Notes under the pieces: model-generated
Seen by the model: only the letters and a program-made list of their open reading frames with translations
What the model was told of the DNA's origin: nothing
The model's database searches: none
Made by a program: the position numbers and the translations under genes
Source: Bdellovibrionota bacterium
GTDB taxonomy: Bacteria; Bdellovibrionota; UBA1018; CAUJDS01
Assembly: GCA_963169695.1 (NCBI GenBank)
Contig: CAUJDS010000011.1
Location: 121,499-185,498 of the forward strand
DNA: 64,000 bases
Reading direction: 5' to 3'
Shown: piece after piece, positions 1 through 9,419 of the stretch
Layout: each line of letters begins with the position of its first letter
How positions within the stretch are numbered: position 1 is the stretch's first letter

Positions 1-73
1 GACGGCTGAGACAGAGATCGTATCTGAACATACCGAGCTCAGTCGAAGTACTTACGGCATCCTCAGAAAATTT

Positions 74-3000
74 ATGGAGGCGTCGGGTCTTGAAGTCTTA
101 CCCCGAAGTGCGCACGCTACCGTAGCGCCGTTTCAAGCACGTGTTCGAAGCATGCTCGATAAGCTGATGAAGCCCGAGGAGAAGGATGGCAAAGTCTATT
201 TTATCCTTGCCAATGATCCTTCGTTCAATGCCTATTTCATTCAACTCGATAAAAATACTCGCGTCGTCACCATCCACGCGGGACTCCTCGAAGGACTCGA
301 GAATGATGACGAACTTGCCTTTGTCCTTGGACACGAACTGGAGCACGGATGGTCGACGCTGGAGAAGTATGCGGAGGGTCTCCAGAGTGAAATGCGAAAG
401 AAACTTCTTCAACGCGTAGTAGAGAACGAAGTCGACGCCAAGTCGGTAGCTAAGAGAATGATCCCCGCCGGTTTCAATCCCTACTCTGCGGATGACGTCA
501 TTACGCGTTGGCGCAAGGCAGCGCCCGATCACCTCTCCAAAACGCATACCGCTACCAGCTCGCGTTCGGATACGATGAGCTTAGCTCTCACTGCAATGCG
601 GAAAACTGAAGGCATGGAACTTCCCTCTCCAGATCGACCTCGAGAGCGGAGAGTTATCGGAGCGATCAAAGATCGCTGGATCGAGCAGCAAGCGTACGTT
701 GATTATTTTGTGAAGGAGGCTGAAAAAGTAGCCACCATAGAGATTCGACGAGGCAACCACTTAGAATCAACCCTCAAAAACGAAGCGGTCACCAGCGCGT
801 TTGATAATCCTTCAATCGCCGATGCCATCAAAGATCGCAATGATTTGGGACGCATTGGCCACCAATGGACCAAGAGTGCGGGGGATCGTGTGGAACGACT
901 TCTTCCCTCCAGGATTTCCGAGAGAACTCGCGCGGACCTTGTCCTTAAAGCCCGATCTGAAATGGTAGCCAAGTGGACGGACGAGATCAATGCATGGGCG
1001 GGAGACCCAAGCCACCCACTATCCCCAAAGGATCTCGCTCGCGGGCTCGCGCTCCTTCACTACGATACGAAGCCGGAGGCAATGGACCTTGAATACACAG
1101 AGCGCGACATCAAGGACAATAAACAAACCATTGATGAAACACGGGAGAGATTGAAAGCCCCTGGGCGAACCCAAAAACAAATCAAGGAAGACGAAGATTT
1201 TCTTGAATACACACTGAAGAAACAAGAAGTAGATCAGACCAGACTAAGGCGCGCTCAGCAGCAACTGAAAGAAGCCAGGGTCCACGCCAAAGCTGTGCAG
1301 AAAAAAGCGGACGCTTTTCTGTCCAGCCACGCGGAAGCGCTTCTTCTCAAGACCGACTCACCCACTCGCATGGCCATGGCCCCTCTTCTATCTGCGCATC
1401 CTGACAAGGACCTACGCGCGCGCTACCTGCCTAGAGTATTGGAGCAATTTGTCAAAGACTTCTCTGCACTCGATGCCAACGCTCGATTCCGCACTCTCAG
1501 CAATATGGGGGTCTACACGAGTGCGCACGCTCCGGTCATTGAGTTGTTTCAAAGTGCTTACGCCCATCAGCCAGCTCGCGCCAAGAAACTCTACGCAGCC
1601 TTCTTACGCAGCATCGATCCGAGCAACTTCGATCACTGGCAGCATTTCCAGGCTTTTATGGAGTTGAGCAGCGGCTTTAAGCAAGAGCCGGGACTGCTAG
1701 AGACCCATAAGAGCGTCCTTCACGAAGCGGGCAAGAAGCTCTTGCAGGCATGGGCCACTGAAGATCCCTTTACGGATTGGAAGGATATTCCCTTCGTCGC
1801 ACTTCGCCGCACCCTAGAGGATCGCCGAGAAATTGGCTCACTGATGAGTACGGGGGTTTTTGAAAACGGGCTAGAAGGTCCCGAATACTTAGAGGCCAGG
1901 CGCCTACGAACCTTCAACCTTGTAAAGATCTATAGAAGCAGCCTTTCAGAGCCAGAAAAGCAACTCCTTTCAGAAGAGGATATTCGGGACTATGTCGCCT
2001 TATTTAGAACCAGAGAAACCAAGCTCCTGCCAGAAGAAGTGAGAAAGCTTCCTAAAGTCATTGACGCCCTTTTATCTCGATCCAAAAATCCCATCCATAT
2101 AAAATGGCTTGCCTTAGCAGCCGAGAGCTTCGCTGAAGAATGGTCGCTGTACCGATTGATGCAAGACTATGGGCCCCTCGATTCACCCACAAAAAAAGAG
2201 AAGTTCTTTCAATTCGTCTTAGCTTACGGATCTCAGATGAAGACCCGACGGGTCGTAGATATGTCACGCCCTCTCGCTGATCCGGATATGAAGGTCACTC
2301 TCGAGCTTACCGATTGGATGGCGAAAAATCACCCCCAAGAAACCTGGCTGATCAGAAAGATCCTTACCCCCTATGACATGGTCCATAGAACACCTTCATT
2401 GACTTCAGGAGACGAAACTCCGTTTTACAGAATGTTGAAGAACATCGACTACAAAGAAGTACGAGAGCGCAAACTCCATCTCGAAGCCAACACGTTCAAG
2501 AAGCACTACCGGTCTTATGCTAAGCTTGGTCCTCGAGAGAGAGCACTGAGGAGTCTCCAAGCCACCGCCACTGAACTGAAACTTGAAGAGGTCCCTGCGG
2601 AAATATTCCAATGGCTCAATGCTGAAGGTTCTACGAAGCACCGGGCTCAGACACTCCTTGGAATGCTGGACTGGTCTGAAGTTGAGAATGCGCTCAAAGA
2701 CTTCCCTTTCAAGCAGGTGGTAGAAGGCGTCGCCGAGATCCTCAATCAGCCGCCACTTCATGGCCGGGGCAACGAAATTGAGCTTGCAGAAGCCTTTGTT
2801 CTTGCCTCAGTCAAAAGCAGAAAAAGCACTCGACAAACGGAGGAAATCTTTGAAGACCTCTGGAAGCGGGGTGAGAAATTACCTAAGCTGCGTGAGGTAC
2901 TCACTGACGAGAAGCTCTTGCCTTTCCTCACGCGCCACGCGCATCGAGAGCGTGTCGTCAAGGGCATCCTCTCGCGTGAGCTCGGAGTCTCTTGGAAACC

Positions 3001-4939
3001 CGTAAGAAATCGCCAGGCTGGGATTGCACTGGCGCCAGATAATCAGAAGTCCCAAAGAGAGGTGGTCAAGAAGAGTCGCGATCTCATCGAAAAGCTTCTG
3101 ACTAAGCCCTCGCCTCTCCGTGATGGAATCCTCGAAGACCTTGGCAATGCCTTGCTCACCAATGCCGCCGAAACGGACTATCTCTTCCAACACAAGATCT
3201 CACTTGAGAGGTGGGAGAGTATCGAAGGACTCGAAGCGCTCGATGCGCCCCAACATATTCGCAATATGCAAAAGCCCGACGAGCAACTGGCCCTGCTCGA
3301 ATACCTCACTCAGCAAATTGACTACCCAGAAGCTGCTCGTCGAATCAAAATCCATGAATGGCGGGAACCGGAGGCTATAGAAGCCGGCCTCAAACTCACG
3401 AGCGGAAACTTTCGGGACGCGCAGCCGTTGGTTCGCACTTATGTCTTGATGTCACTCTTGGATCCACAGAAAGGACTCCTCGCTCAGGCTGAAACCGCTG
3501 AACGAGTCTACGAAATGATCCTTGGCCCCAAAGCCTCTCGCTCGGTGCTTTCTGAGGCAGTATTTCGGGCCTATATGAAGGCACTCCCTGCTCCCGATCA
3601 GCGAGTGATCCTTGCAGGTCTTGTCGCCACTTTTACGGATCGTCCACGCGGCGCGAGCGGTGTATCGCTCAAGTCTATTTTGGAATCACTGGGCCCCATC
3701 GGCGTAAAGGCGGGGCAGTTCTTTCGTACGAGTGGTCTTGCTCCAAAGAAATACCACTCGGAACTCGATGACCTCTTCTCCCAAGCAATCCCTCCAACCA
3801 GAAAAGAAGTGATGGACCGCATGAGGAGGATCTATGGCAAGGACCTGGTTGATGTAGATCGAATCTATCACCTGCTTGGATCGGGATCGATCAACTACGT
3901 GGTATTGGCGGACATCAGGGATCCCACAACGGGAGTGGTTCGCCCGGTCGCCGTACGCTTTATGAGAGACAAAGTAATTGGCCAGATCCGCAACGAAGAA
4001 ACGCTATGGAAGAAAGTCACGGCGGAACTGAACGCTCACAGTGATCCCCATGTTCGTGCTTTTTCAGGACACGTCCAAGAGGCACTGAACTCTTCGATGG
4101 AAACACTACGCGAGGGCGGTAGCGAAGTGGACCTCATCAAGGACCGAGAACTGTCTCTCATTGCTAACCAAGGCTATGGTCAAGCCCATGCTCGATCCAG
4201 CGGATATGCGATTGAAGCGCTGTCCTTTGACAATCTCTTGCAGATGCAAGTGCCCGCAGGCGAGGCGAAGACATCTTCCATCCTCCCATTTGTGGACGCA
4301 ACAGAGATCCATGATGTTCAAGACGCTAAAAAACTCTCTCAAGACATACTTGACGCCGAGCTTCGCGCGATCTTTGAGGTCGGCGTCTTCGATCCCGACG
4401 GCCACCCAAAGAATTGGCTGGTTGACGCCAAAGCCAAGAAGCTCTATCGAATCGATACTTCGCAACTCAAGAGAGTCGAAGCCACTGAGCGAGAGAATCT
4501 TAAGAGAGTCTTTGCTTTTCTGCTTCAACCGTCACCTGGCAAAGCAGACCTCCGAGCGATGGCTCCTGCTCTAGAATCGATCTTCGACACCAAGGTCAAT
4601 GCCCTCGCCCTTCAAAACAGCGTCAAACAAGTCGTGGGATCGCCGGGCTACCGAAATAAAGCCAATCCTCTTGAGCGAATATTTTTTCTGAGGGACAAAG
4701 TCACAGAAATCCTGAAGTCTCAGGGGCTCATCAAAGACGACCTTATTTTTTCGAAACAGATTCGATGGGTCAATATGAGCCTGTCCAAACTCAATCTCTA
4801 TCGAGAAAGAGTTGGAAACCTCGCCTTCCTACAGGCTTTGGCCAATGCCACCAAGGCTTCAAAGACTCGAATCGCTCTGGGCTATGGCAAGAATCTCTTA
4901 AAACGCTGCCTTCTGCTACGCCTCAACGATGATCCTTGA
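74..4939 (+). CDS. Very large (1621 aa) multidomain protein: N-terminal M48-like Zn-metallopeptidase module, long alpha-helical/charged middle region, C-terminal ABC1/UbiB-type atypical kinase domain
   Basis: Single 4.9-kb ORF. The N-terminus 'FNAYFIQLDKNTRVVTIHAGLLEGLENDDELAFVLGHELEHG' matches the M48 (HtpX/Ste24-type) core 'NAFA..vvvtsGLL..L.n.dELaaVLaHElgH', including the HExxH. Around aa 1200-1480, 'LGPIGVKAGQFFRTSGL...LLGSGSINYVVLADIRDPTTGVVRPVAVRFMRDKV' and 'FDPDGHPKNWLVDAKAKKLYRIDTSQL' match ABC1/UbiB kinase motifs (iAaASiaQVHrA..dG..VAVKvqrP and HaDpHPGNilv....l.liDfG). No signal peptide or TM segment is evident. Confidence 0.6.
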   Translation: MEASGLEVLPRSAHATVAPFQARVRSMLDKLMKPEEKDGKVYFILANDPSFNAYFIQLDKNTRVVTIHAGLLEGLENDDELAFVLGHELEHGWSTLEKYAEGLQSEMRKKLLQRVVENEVDAKSVAKRMIPAGFNPYSADDVITRWRKAAPDHLSKTHTATSSRSDTMSLALTAMRKTEGMELPSPDRPRERRVIGAIKDRWIEQQAYVDYFVKEAEKVATIEIRRGNHLESTLKNEAVTSAFDNPSIADAIKDRNDLGRIGHQWTKSAGDRVERLLPSRISERTRADLVLKARSEMVAKWTDEINAWAGDPSHPLSPKDLARGLALLHYDTKPEAMDLEYTERDIKDNKQTIDETRERLKAPGRTQKQIKEDEDFLEYTLKKQEVDQTRLRRAQQQLKEARVHAKAVQKKADAFLSSHAEALLLKTDSPTRMAMAPLLSAHPDKDLRARYLPRVLEQFVKDFSALDANARFRTLSNMGVYTSAHAPVIELFQSAYAHQPARAKKLYAAFLRSIDPSNFDHWQHFQAFMELSSGFKQEPGLLETHKSVLHEAGKKLLQAWATEDPFTDWKDIPFVALRRTLEDRREIGSLMSTGVFENGLEGPEYLEARRLRTFNLVKIYRSSLSEPEKQLLSEEDIRDYVALFRTRETKLLPEEVRKLPKVIDALLSRSKNPIHIKWLALAAESFAEEWSLYRLMQDYGPLDSPTKKEKFFQFVLAYGSQMKTRRVVDMSRPLADPDMKVTLELTDWMAKNHPQETWLIRKILTPYDMVHRTPSLTSGDETPFYRMLKNIDYKEVRERKLHLEANTFKKHYRSYAKLGPRERALRSLQATATELKLEEVPAEIFQWLNAEGSTKHRAQTLLGMLDWSEVENALKDFPFKQVVEGVAEILNQPPLHGRGNEIELAEAFVLASVKSRKSTRQTEEIFEDLWKRGEKLPKLREVLTDEKLLPFLTRHAHRERVVKGILSRELGVSWKPVRNRQAGIALAPDNQKSQREVVKKSRDLIEKLLTKPSPLRDGILEDLGNALLTNAAETDYLFQHKISLERWESIEGLEALDAPQHIRNMQKPDEQLALLEYLTQQIDYPEAARRIKIHEWREPEAIEAGLKLTSGNFRDAQPLVRTYVLMSLLDPQKGLLAQAETAERVYEMILGPKASRSVLSEAVFRAYMKALPAPDQRVILAGLVATFTDRPRGASGVSLKSILESLGPIGVKAGQFFRTSGLAPKKYHSELDDLFSQAIPPTRKEVMDRMRRIYGKDLVDVDRIYHLLGSGSINYVVLADIRDPTTGVVRPVAVRFMRDKVIGQIRNEETLWKKVTAELNAHSDPHVRAFSGHVQEALNSSMETLREGGSEVDLIKDRELSLIANQGYGQAHARSSGYAIEALSFDNLLQMQVPAGEAKTSSILPFVDATEIHDVQDAKKLSQDILDAELRAIFEVGVFDPDGHPKNWLVDAKAKKLYRIDTSQLKRVEATERENLKRVFAFLLQPSPGKADLRAMAPALESIFDTKVNALALQNSVKQVVGSPGYRNKANPLERIFFLRDKVTEILKSQGLIKDDLIFSKQIRWVNMSLSKLNLYRERVGNLAFLQALANATKASKTRIALGYGKNLLKRCLLLRLNDDP

Positions 4940-5015
4940 ACTTCGACTAATGGCTAATGAAACGCAAAAAGGTAAGGATCCGCAAGTAAGTGAGATCAAC
5001 TCTTATTAAGTTACC

Positions 5016-5462
5016 CTATCGATTCTCTTTGCACTGAGGGTTGGTGCAAGAAAAGCCTGATTTGTCTTCTTTCATACATTTTCTTTCCACTTCTTTCTGA
5101 GCTTCCAGAAGCGTTGCTCCAAAAGCAAAGTGAGACTTTTCAAAGTTTTTAATTTCGCAAAAGAAAGGTCGAGCTGAATCGGCATTTTGAATATTGACTT
5201 GCACCTGCTGGACGGATGTAGGCCTCGATCCAAGGCCTGTTTGGTATCCATCGCGATAACCTTTCAGCGTCGCCTCTTTGGTAGCATCCGGACACGGCGA
5301 GAAGTACATGCTATTCATGGGATGCCCAGCCGTTGCGTCGTTGACTCCTTTTTCGTAACCCGCGTTGGCGTTGCAGGTCGTCGCTTCATAGCTTTTTTCC
5401 ATCGCAGCACAACCACCCATGGATAGAACCATCAAGAAACTCAATATTCTTAGCAACATCAT
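5016..5462 (-). CDS. Small lipoprotein, function unknown
   Basis: N-terminal hydrophobic segment ending in the lipobox 'LSMGGC'. The 148-aa product is Cys-containing. It lies in an intergenic gap with no better competing ORF. Confidence 0.5.
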   Translation of the reverse strand: MMLLRILSFLMVLSMGGCAAMEKSYEATTCNANAGYEKGVNDATAGHPMNSMYFSPCPDATKEATLKGYRDGYQTGLGSRPTSVQQVQVNIQNADSARPFFCEIKNFEKSHFAFGATLLEAQKEVERKCMKEDKSGFSCTNPQCKENR

Positions 5463-5578
5463 TCATCCTCTTTATTAAGTGCCGTCGTAGCATTTTCATT
5501 GGGCAGAGGAAAGACGGATCAACCGCAAATCTTTAGAAAATGGCACACATTCGCAAAAAGCACAGGAGCTGATTATTC

Positions 5579-5917
5579 CTATTTGACTGTTAGGATCGCA
5601 CCCAAACCATTAGCAATCCTATCCCCGGCTTCATCATAGCTATAGGTGGACATCAACTTTCCACCCTCAACCACCAGTATTTTTGAGCCCACTAGAACGT
5701 AGTTCAAGCGACTTGGCGGACTGCCAAAAAAAGTATTGTCGTTGTCAGTCATCACATCATCTTTAAAAGATACACAATGGTCTCTCTTTACGGGAGGCTC
5801 ACCAAACGGTCCTGAAGTCTCCACAGAGCGACAGAAATTCTTTCCATCTAACTCCCCGGCAAAAACTATTGCAGAAAATGAAATCACGCAAAATATCGCG
5901 GCCAATTTCTTCATCAT
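5579..5917 (-). CDS. Small secreted protein, function unknown
   Basis: 112-aa ORF with a signal peptide 'MMKKLAAIFCVISFSAIVFAGE'. Confidence 0.45.
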   Translation of the reverse strand: MMKKLAAIFCVISFSAIVFAGELDGKNFCRSVETSGPFGEPPVKRDHCVSFKDDVMTDNDNTFFGSPPSRLNYVLVGSKILVVEGGKLMSTYSYDEAGDRIANGLGAILTVK

Positions 5918-6203
5918 TTTTTTTCGATCCGCCCTTTAATTTAATGGTAGCTGTTTATTTTCAAAACCTACCACATGCACACCAGAACAGCCAAGGGTGG
6001 ATGAAAATCTTACACAGTAGTTATGCACTTATACGCGTCGCTCTAAAAATGAGCGCGTCATTTTTGTGAAAATAGTCTCAAAAAATTGCCAGTATCTATT
6101 CTTTTAGATTCTCCACGTTCAACAAGCCAGTCGGCACGGGTGATATTTAGACGAGAAGGTAGCATCGGAGAAACACCGCATTCCGGGTATAAATACTTAC
6201 TAT

Positions 6204-6449
6204 TTAGTGGCCATTCAATGCCTCTACCAGACATGGATCAACCGTAAGTCTAAGCCGACCTGCCCGAAAATCATCTTTCAACATTCGCTGAATTCGTGCG
6301 TAGATAGGTGCTTTTGTGGATTTTTCCTTCATGCGCTGAATGATACTATTCATGCGTTTGCCGTCCAATCGCGAAATCAAGTAAAACTTGCTCTCAATGA
6401 GACTGGCTACTTCTTCCGGCGATAGAATTTTTTTAAGTAGATCTAGCAC
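6204..6449 (-). CDS. Hypothetical small protein (81 aa)
   Basis: It is the only ORF in the topA upstream gap. It is charged and helical, and no family was recognised. Confidence 0.2.
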   Translation of the reverse strand: MLDLLKKILSPEEVASLIESKFYLISRLDGKRMNSIIQRMKEKSTKAPIYARIQRMLKDDFRAGRLRLTVDPCLVEALNGH

Positions 6450-6716
6450 TTCTTGAAGCCTTCCGACATTCGCTTTCGAAAAATTTCCGAAAGTCGTAAC
6501 CTTCCACTCTCAAATTTTTATTCTCCGCTCTGCTTATCTTCCACATTCTATTCACCACTGAGTTGCAGGAGGTAGCAACGTGGCTATTCTTAGAAATGCT
6601 GCACAATGCCTTCGGCTTATCATCCTTTATTTGCAATGCATAGAGTCACAGTCTTAACTCAATCTATTCATACTCTGGGTTGCGAAAATAGGTAGAATCG
6701 GAGAATAGTACCAAAA

Positions 6717-9233
6717 ATGCAGAAACGAAGTCTCGTCATTGTTGAGTCCCCCACTAAGGCAAAGACCATACGCAAGTTCTTACCCAAGACCTTTGTGGTG
6801 GAAGCCAGCATGGGCCATATCCGCGACCTTCCGCAGACCGCTGCTGACGTACCAGAGAAGTATAAGAAGGAAGCCTGGGCGCGGACCGGGGTCAACGTTG
6901 ATAAGGATTTCGAGCCTGTTTACGTCACTATTAAAGGAAAATCCAAAATCATCCAAAGCCTTCGCGCCCTCATGAAAGAGTCAGACGAACTCTTTCTGGC
7001 GACTGACGAAGACCGCGAAGGAGAGAGTATTTCGTGGCACCTGGTGGAGCTGCTGAAACCCAAGATTCCGGTGAAGCGAATGGTCTTCCACGAAATCACA
7101 AAGTCCGCGATTGAGAAGGCGCTTAGCAACAGCCGGGACATCGATAAGCGACTGGTGCAGGCCCAAGAAACGCGCCGCATCCTGGATCGGCTCTTCGGAT
7201 TTACGCTCTCGCCACTGATTTGGAAGAAGATCAGCTATGGGCTTTCGGCGGGTCGAGTCCAGTCCGTAGGGCTTCGCCTTCTCGTCGAACGGGAGAAGGA
7301 GCGCCTCAAGTTTAAGCGAGCCGAGTATTGGGATATCGATGCGGTGCTTGAGAAGTCAGGCCAACGCCCCTTTAACGCAAGACTGGTTTCGATTGGTGAT
7401 CAGAAAATTGCCAGCGGTAAGGATTTTGAAAACGATACGGGTCAGCTACGCGAAGCGGGCTCAGTACGTTGGGTGCGAGAGGATGAAGCCAAAGCCCTCG
7501 CTAAGAAACTGAACAGCGAAACCTGGAAAGTCATCAGCGTCGAAGAAAAGAAATCCACGTCGCGACCTGCACCACCTTTTATTACTTCCACTCTCCAACA
7601 AGAGTGCAATAAGAAGATCGGCCTGTCCACGCGCGAGGCCATGCGTGTTGCACAGAATTTATATGAGCAAGGTCTCATCACTTATATGAGAACGGACTCT
7701 CCCAATCTTTCGAGCGAAGCCATCCAAGGCGCACGCATGATGATTGAATCGCTTTATGGCAAGCAGTACTTGTCCGATGCCCCACGACAGTTCTCTGCCA
7801 AATCCAAAGGTGCGCAAGAAGCTCACGAAGCCATTCGCCCCGCAGGCGAGGCTCCCGTGCAACCGAAAGATTCGGGGCTTTCTGGCAAGCACCTCGAAGT
7901 CTATGAGCTGATCTGGAAGCGCACGCTTGCTACGCAAATGGCTGAGGCGAAGAAGGCATCCGTGATCGTACGCATGGAAGCGGGTAATTGTCTGTTTGGT
8001 GCTTCAGGCACCCGCGTGGAATTTCCGGGATACCTCTTGGTTTATGCCGACGATGAGAGTGACAAAGAAGAAATGCTTCTTCCCCCTCTCAAAGAAGGTG
8101 ACACTTTAAAGCTACAAAAGCTCGATGCCATATCCCATGAGACCAAACCTGTGGCGCGCTTCACGGAAGCCAGCATTGTGCAACGCTTAGAAAAAGAGGG
8201 CGTGGGTCGACCGTCAACCTATGCCGCAATTATTCATACGGTATTAGAAAGAAAATACGCCGTCAAAGCGGGCAATGCACTTGTCCCCACCTTAACGGGA
8301 TTTGCGGTGATTCAGCTTTTGGAAAAATACTTTCCGCAGCTCGTCTCCTATCAATTCACTTCAGACATGGAACAAGTCCTCGACGAAATTGCGGATGGGG
8401 ATAAAGAATGGCTTCCTTACTTGCGCGAATTTTATTCGGGCAAAGAAGGCATTCGTCAGAAAGTCGACCGCACCGAAAAAGAAATCGACGCCAAAGATGC
8501 GCGCAAAATTGACCTCTTCCCTATCAAAGACACCGAACTTTTGATTGGAAGATTTGGTGCCTACGTCGTACGCAAACTCCCCGACGGTCAGGAAATTCGT
8601 GCTTCCTTACCTGAGGAAATGGCACCGGCGGATATCACCGTAGAGAAGATTGAAGAAGTTTTGTCTGCGGCTCAACGTGGCCCCGAATCAGTAGGCGTTG
8701 ATCCCGAAACTGGAATGAAGATCTTTTGCCTGCTTGGACGCTATGGACCCTATGTCCAACTGGGTGAAGAGACCGAAGGCGGTCCCAAGCCCAAGCGCGC
8801 AAGTGTACCCAAAGAAATTGATTACCGCATTATCACCCAAGCAGAAGCGCTGAAGCTGCTTAGCCTACCTCGCGTCCTTGGCAATCATCCAACTTCTGGC
8901 AATCCCATATCGGCCAATCGCGGACGATTTGGGCCCTACATTGTACATGATGGGGACTATCGTTCACTGAAGAAAGAAGATGATGTCTTCACCGTATCGC
9001 TCGAGCGCGCGCTTGCCCTGCTCGCGGAAGAAAAAAAGGGACGACGCGGATCCAAGATTCTCAAGGACTTTGGCCAGCACCCCAAGACCAAAAAGAAAAT
9101 CTCCGTACTCGAAGGAATCTACGGACCCTACATCAAGTACGGTACCAAGAACGTCAGCGTCCCAAAAGAGACCGACGTCGCTGCCCTCACCATCGAGAAG
9201 GTGCTGGAGCTCGTGGACGCGAAGGGGAAGTAA
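6717..9233 (+). CDS. topA: DNA topoisomerase I
   Basis: Toprim start 'VIVESPTKAKTIRKFLPKTFVVEASMGHIRDLP', 'DEDREGE', 'ETRRILDRLFGFTLSPLIWKK' and 'LITYMRTDS' are all present. The C-terminal region has repeated Zn-ribbon-less Topo-I C-terminal repeats ('GRFGPYV...'). Confidence 0.95.
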   Translation: MQKRSLVIVESPTKAKTIRKFLPKTFVVEASMGHIRDLPQTAADVPEKYKKEAWARTGVNVDKDFEPVYVTIKGKSKIIQSLRALMKESDELFLATDEDREGESISWHLVELLKPKIPVKRMVFHEITKSAIEKALSNSRDIDKRLVQAQETRRILDRLFGFTLSPLIWKKISYGLSAGRVQSVGLRLLVEREKERLKFKRAEYWDIDAVLEKSGQRPFNARLVSIGDQKIASGKDFENDTGQLREAGSVRWVREDEAKALAKKLNSETWKVISVEEKKSTSRPAPPFITSTLQQECNKKIGLSTREAMRVAQNLYEQGLITYMRTDSPNLSSEAIQGARMMIESLYGKQYLSDAPRQFSAKSKGAQEAHEAIRPAGEAPVQPKDSGLSGKHLEVYELIWKRTLATQMAEAKKASVIVRMEAGNCLFGASGTRVEFPGYLLVYADDESDKEEMLLPPLKEGDTLKLQKLDAISHETKPVARFTEASIVQRLEKEGVGRPSTYAAIIHTVLERKYAVKAGNALVPTLTGFAVIQLLEKYFPQLVSYQFTSDMEQVLDEIADGDKEWLPYLREFYSGKEGIRQKVDRTEKEIDAKDARKIDLFPIKDTELLIGRFGAYVVRKLPDGQEIRASLPEEMAPADITVEKIEEVLSAAQRGPESVGVDPETGMKIFCLLGRYGPYVQLGEETEGGPKPKRASVPKEIDYRIITQAEALKLLSLPRVLGNHPTSGNPISANRGRFGPYIVHDGDYRSLKKEDDVFTVSLERALALLAEEKKGRRGSKILKDFGQHPKTKKKISVLEGIYGPYIKYGTKNVSVPKETDVAALTIEKVLELVDAKGK

Positions 9234-9241
9234 AAGGTGCC

Positions 9242-9275
9242 ATTCAGAGGTGCACTGCACCTTTGAATCCTTTTT
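9242..9275 (+). terminator. Rho-independent terminator of topA
   Basis: Hairpin attcagaggtgca / tgcacctttgaat with one mismatch. It is followed by the run ccTTTTT and sits immediately 3' of the topA stop at 9233. Confidence 0.55.
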
Positions 9276-9419
9276 GGCCCGAGGTGCGTCAAGAAAAGCT
9301 CCATAGATTCATACATTCCGCACAAACGGGGTATTGGCCAAAGTCAGTTTAAGTACGAATTTGCCTATGAGAGCTAAAGCGCCTGTAACACCTATCTTTG
9401 TCTGGAGGGATCACCCTCA

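Noticed and set aside
98-547. Antisense ORFs of 60-200 aa inside large genes, for example 98..547, 9555..10175, 14467..14883, 20233..20796, 30282..30710, 49927..50388 and 52872..53189
   Set aside because: They are fully embedded in well-supported genes on the opposite strand or in another frame. They lack recognisable motifs. They are typical shadow ORFs.
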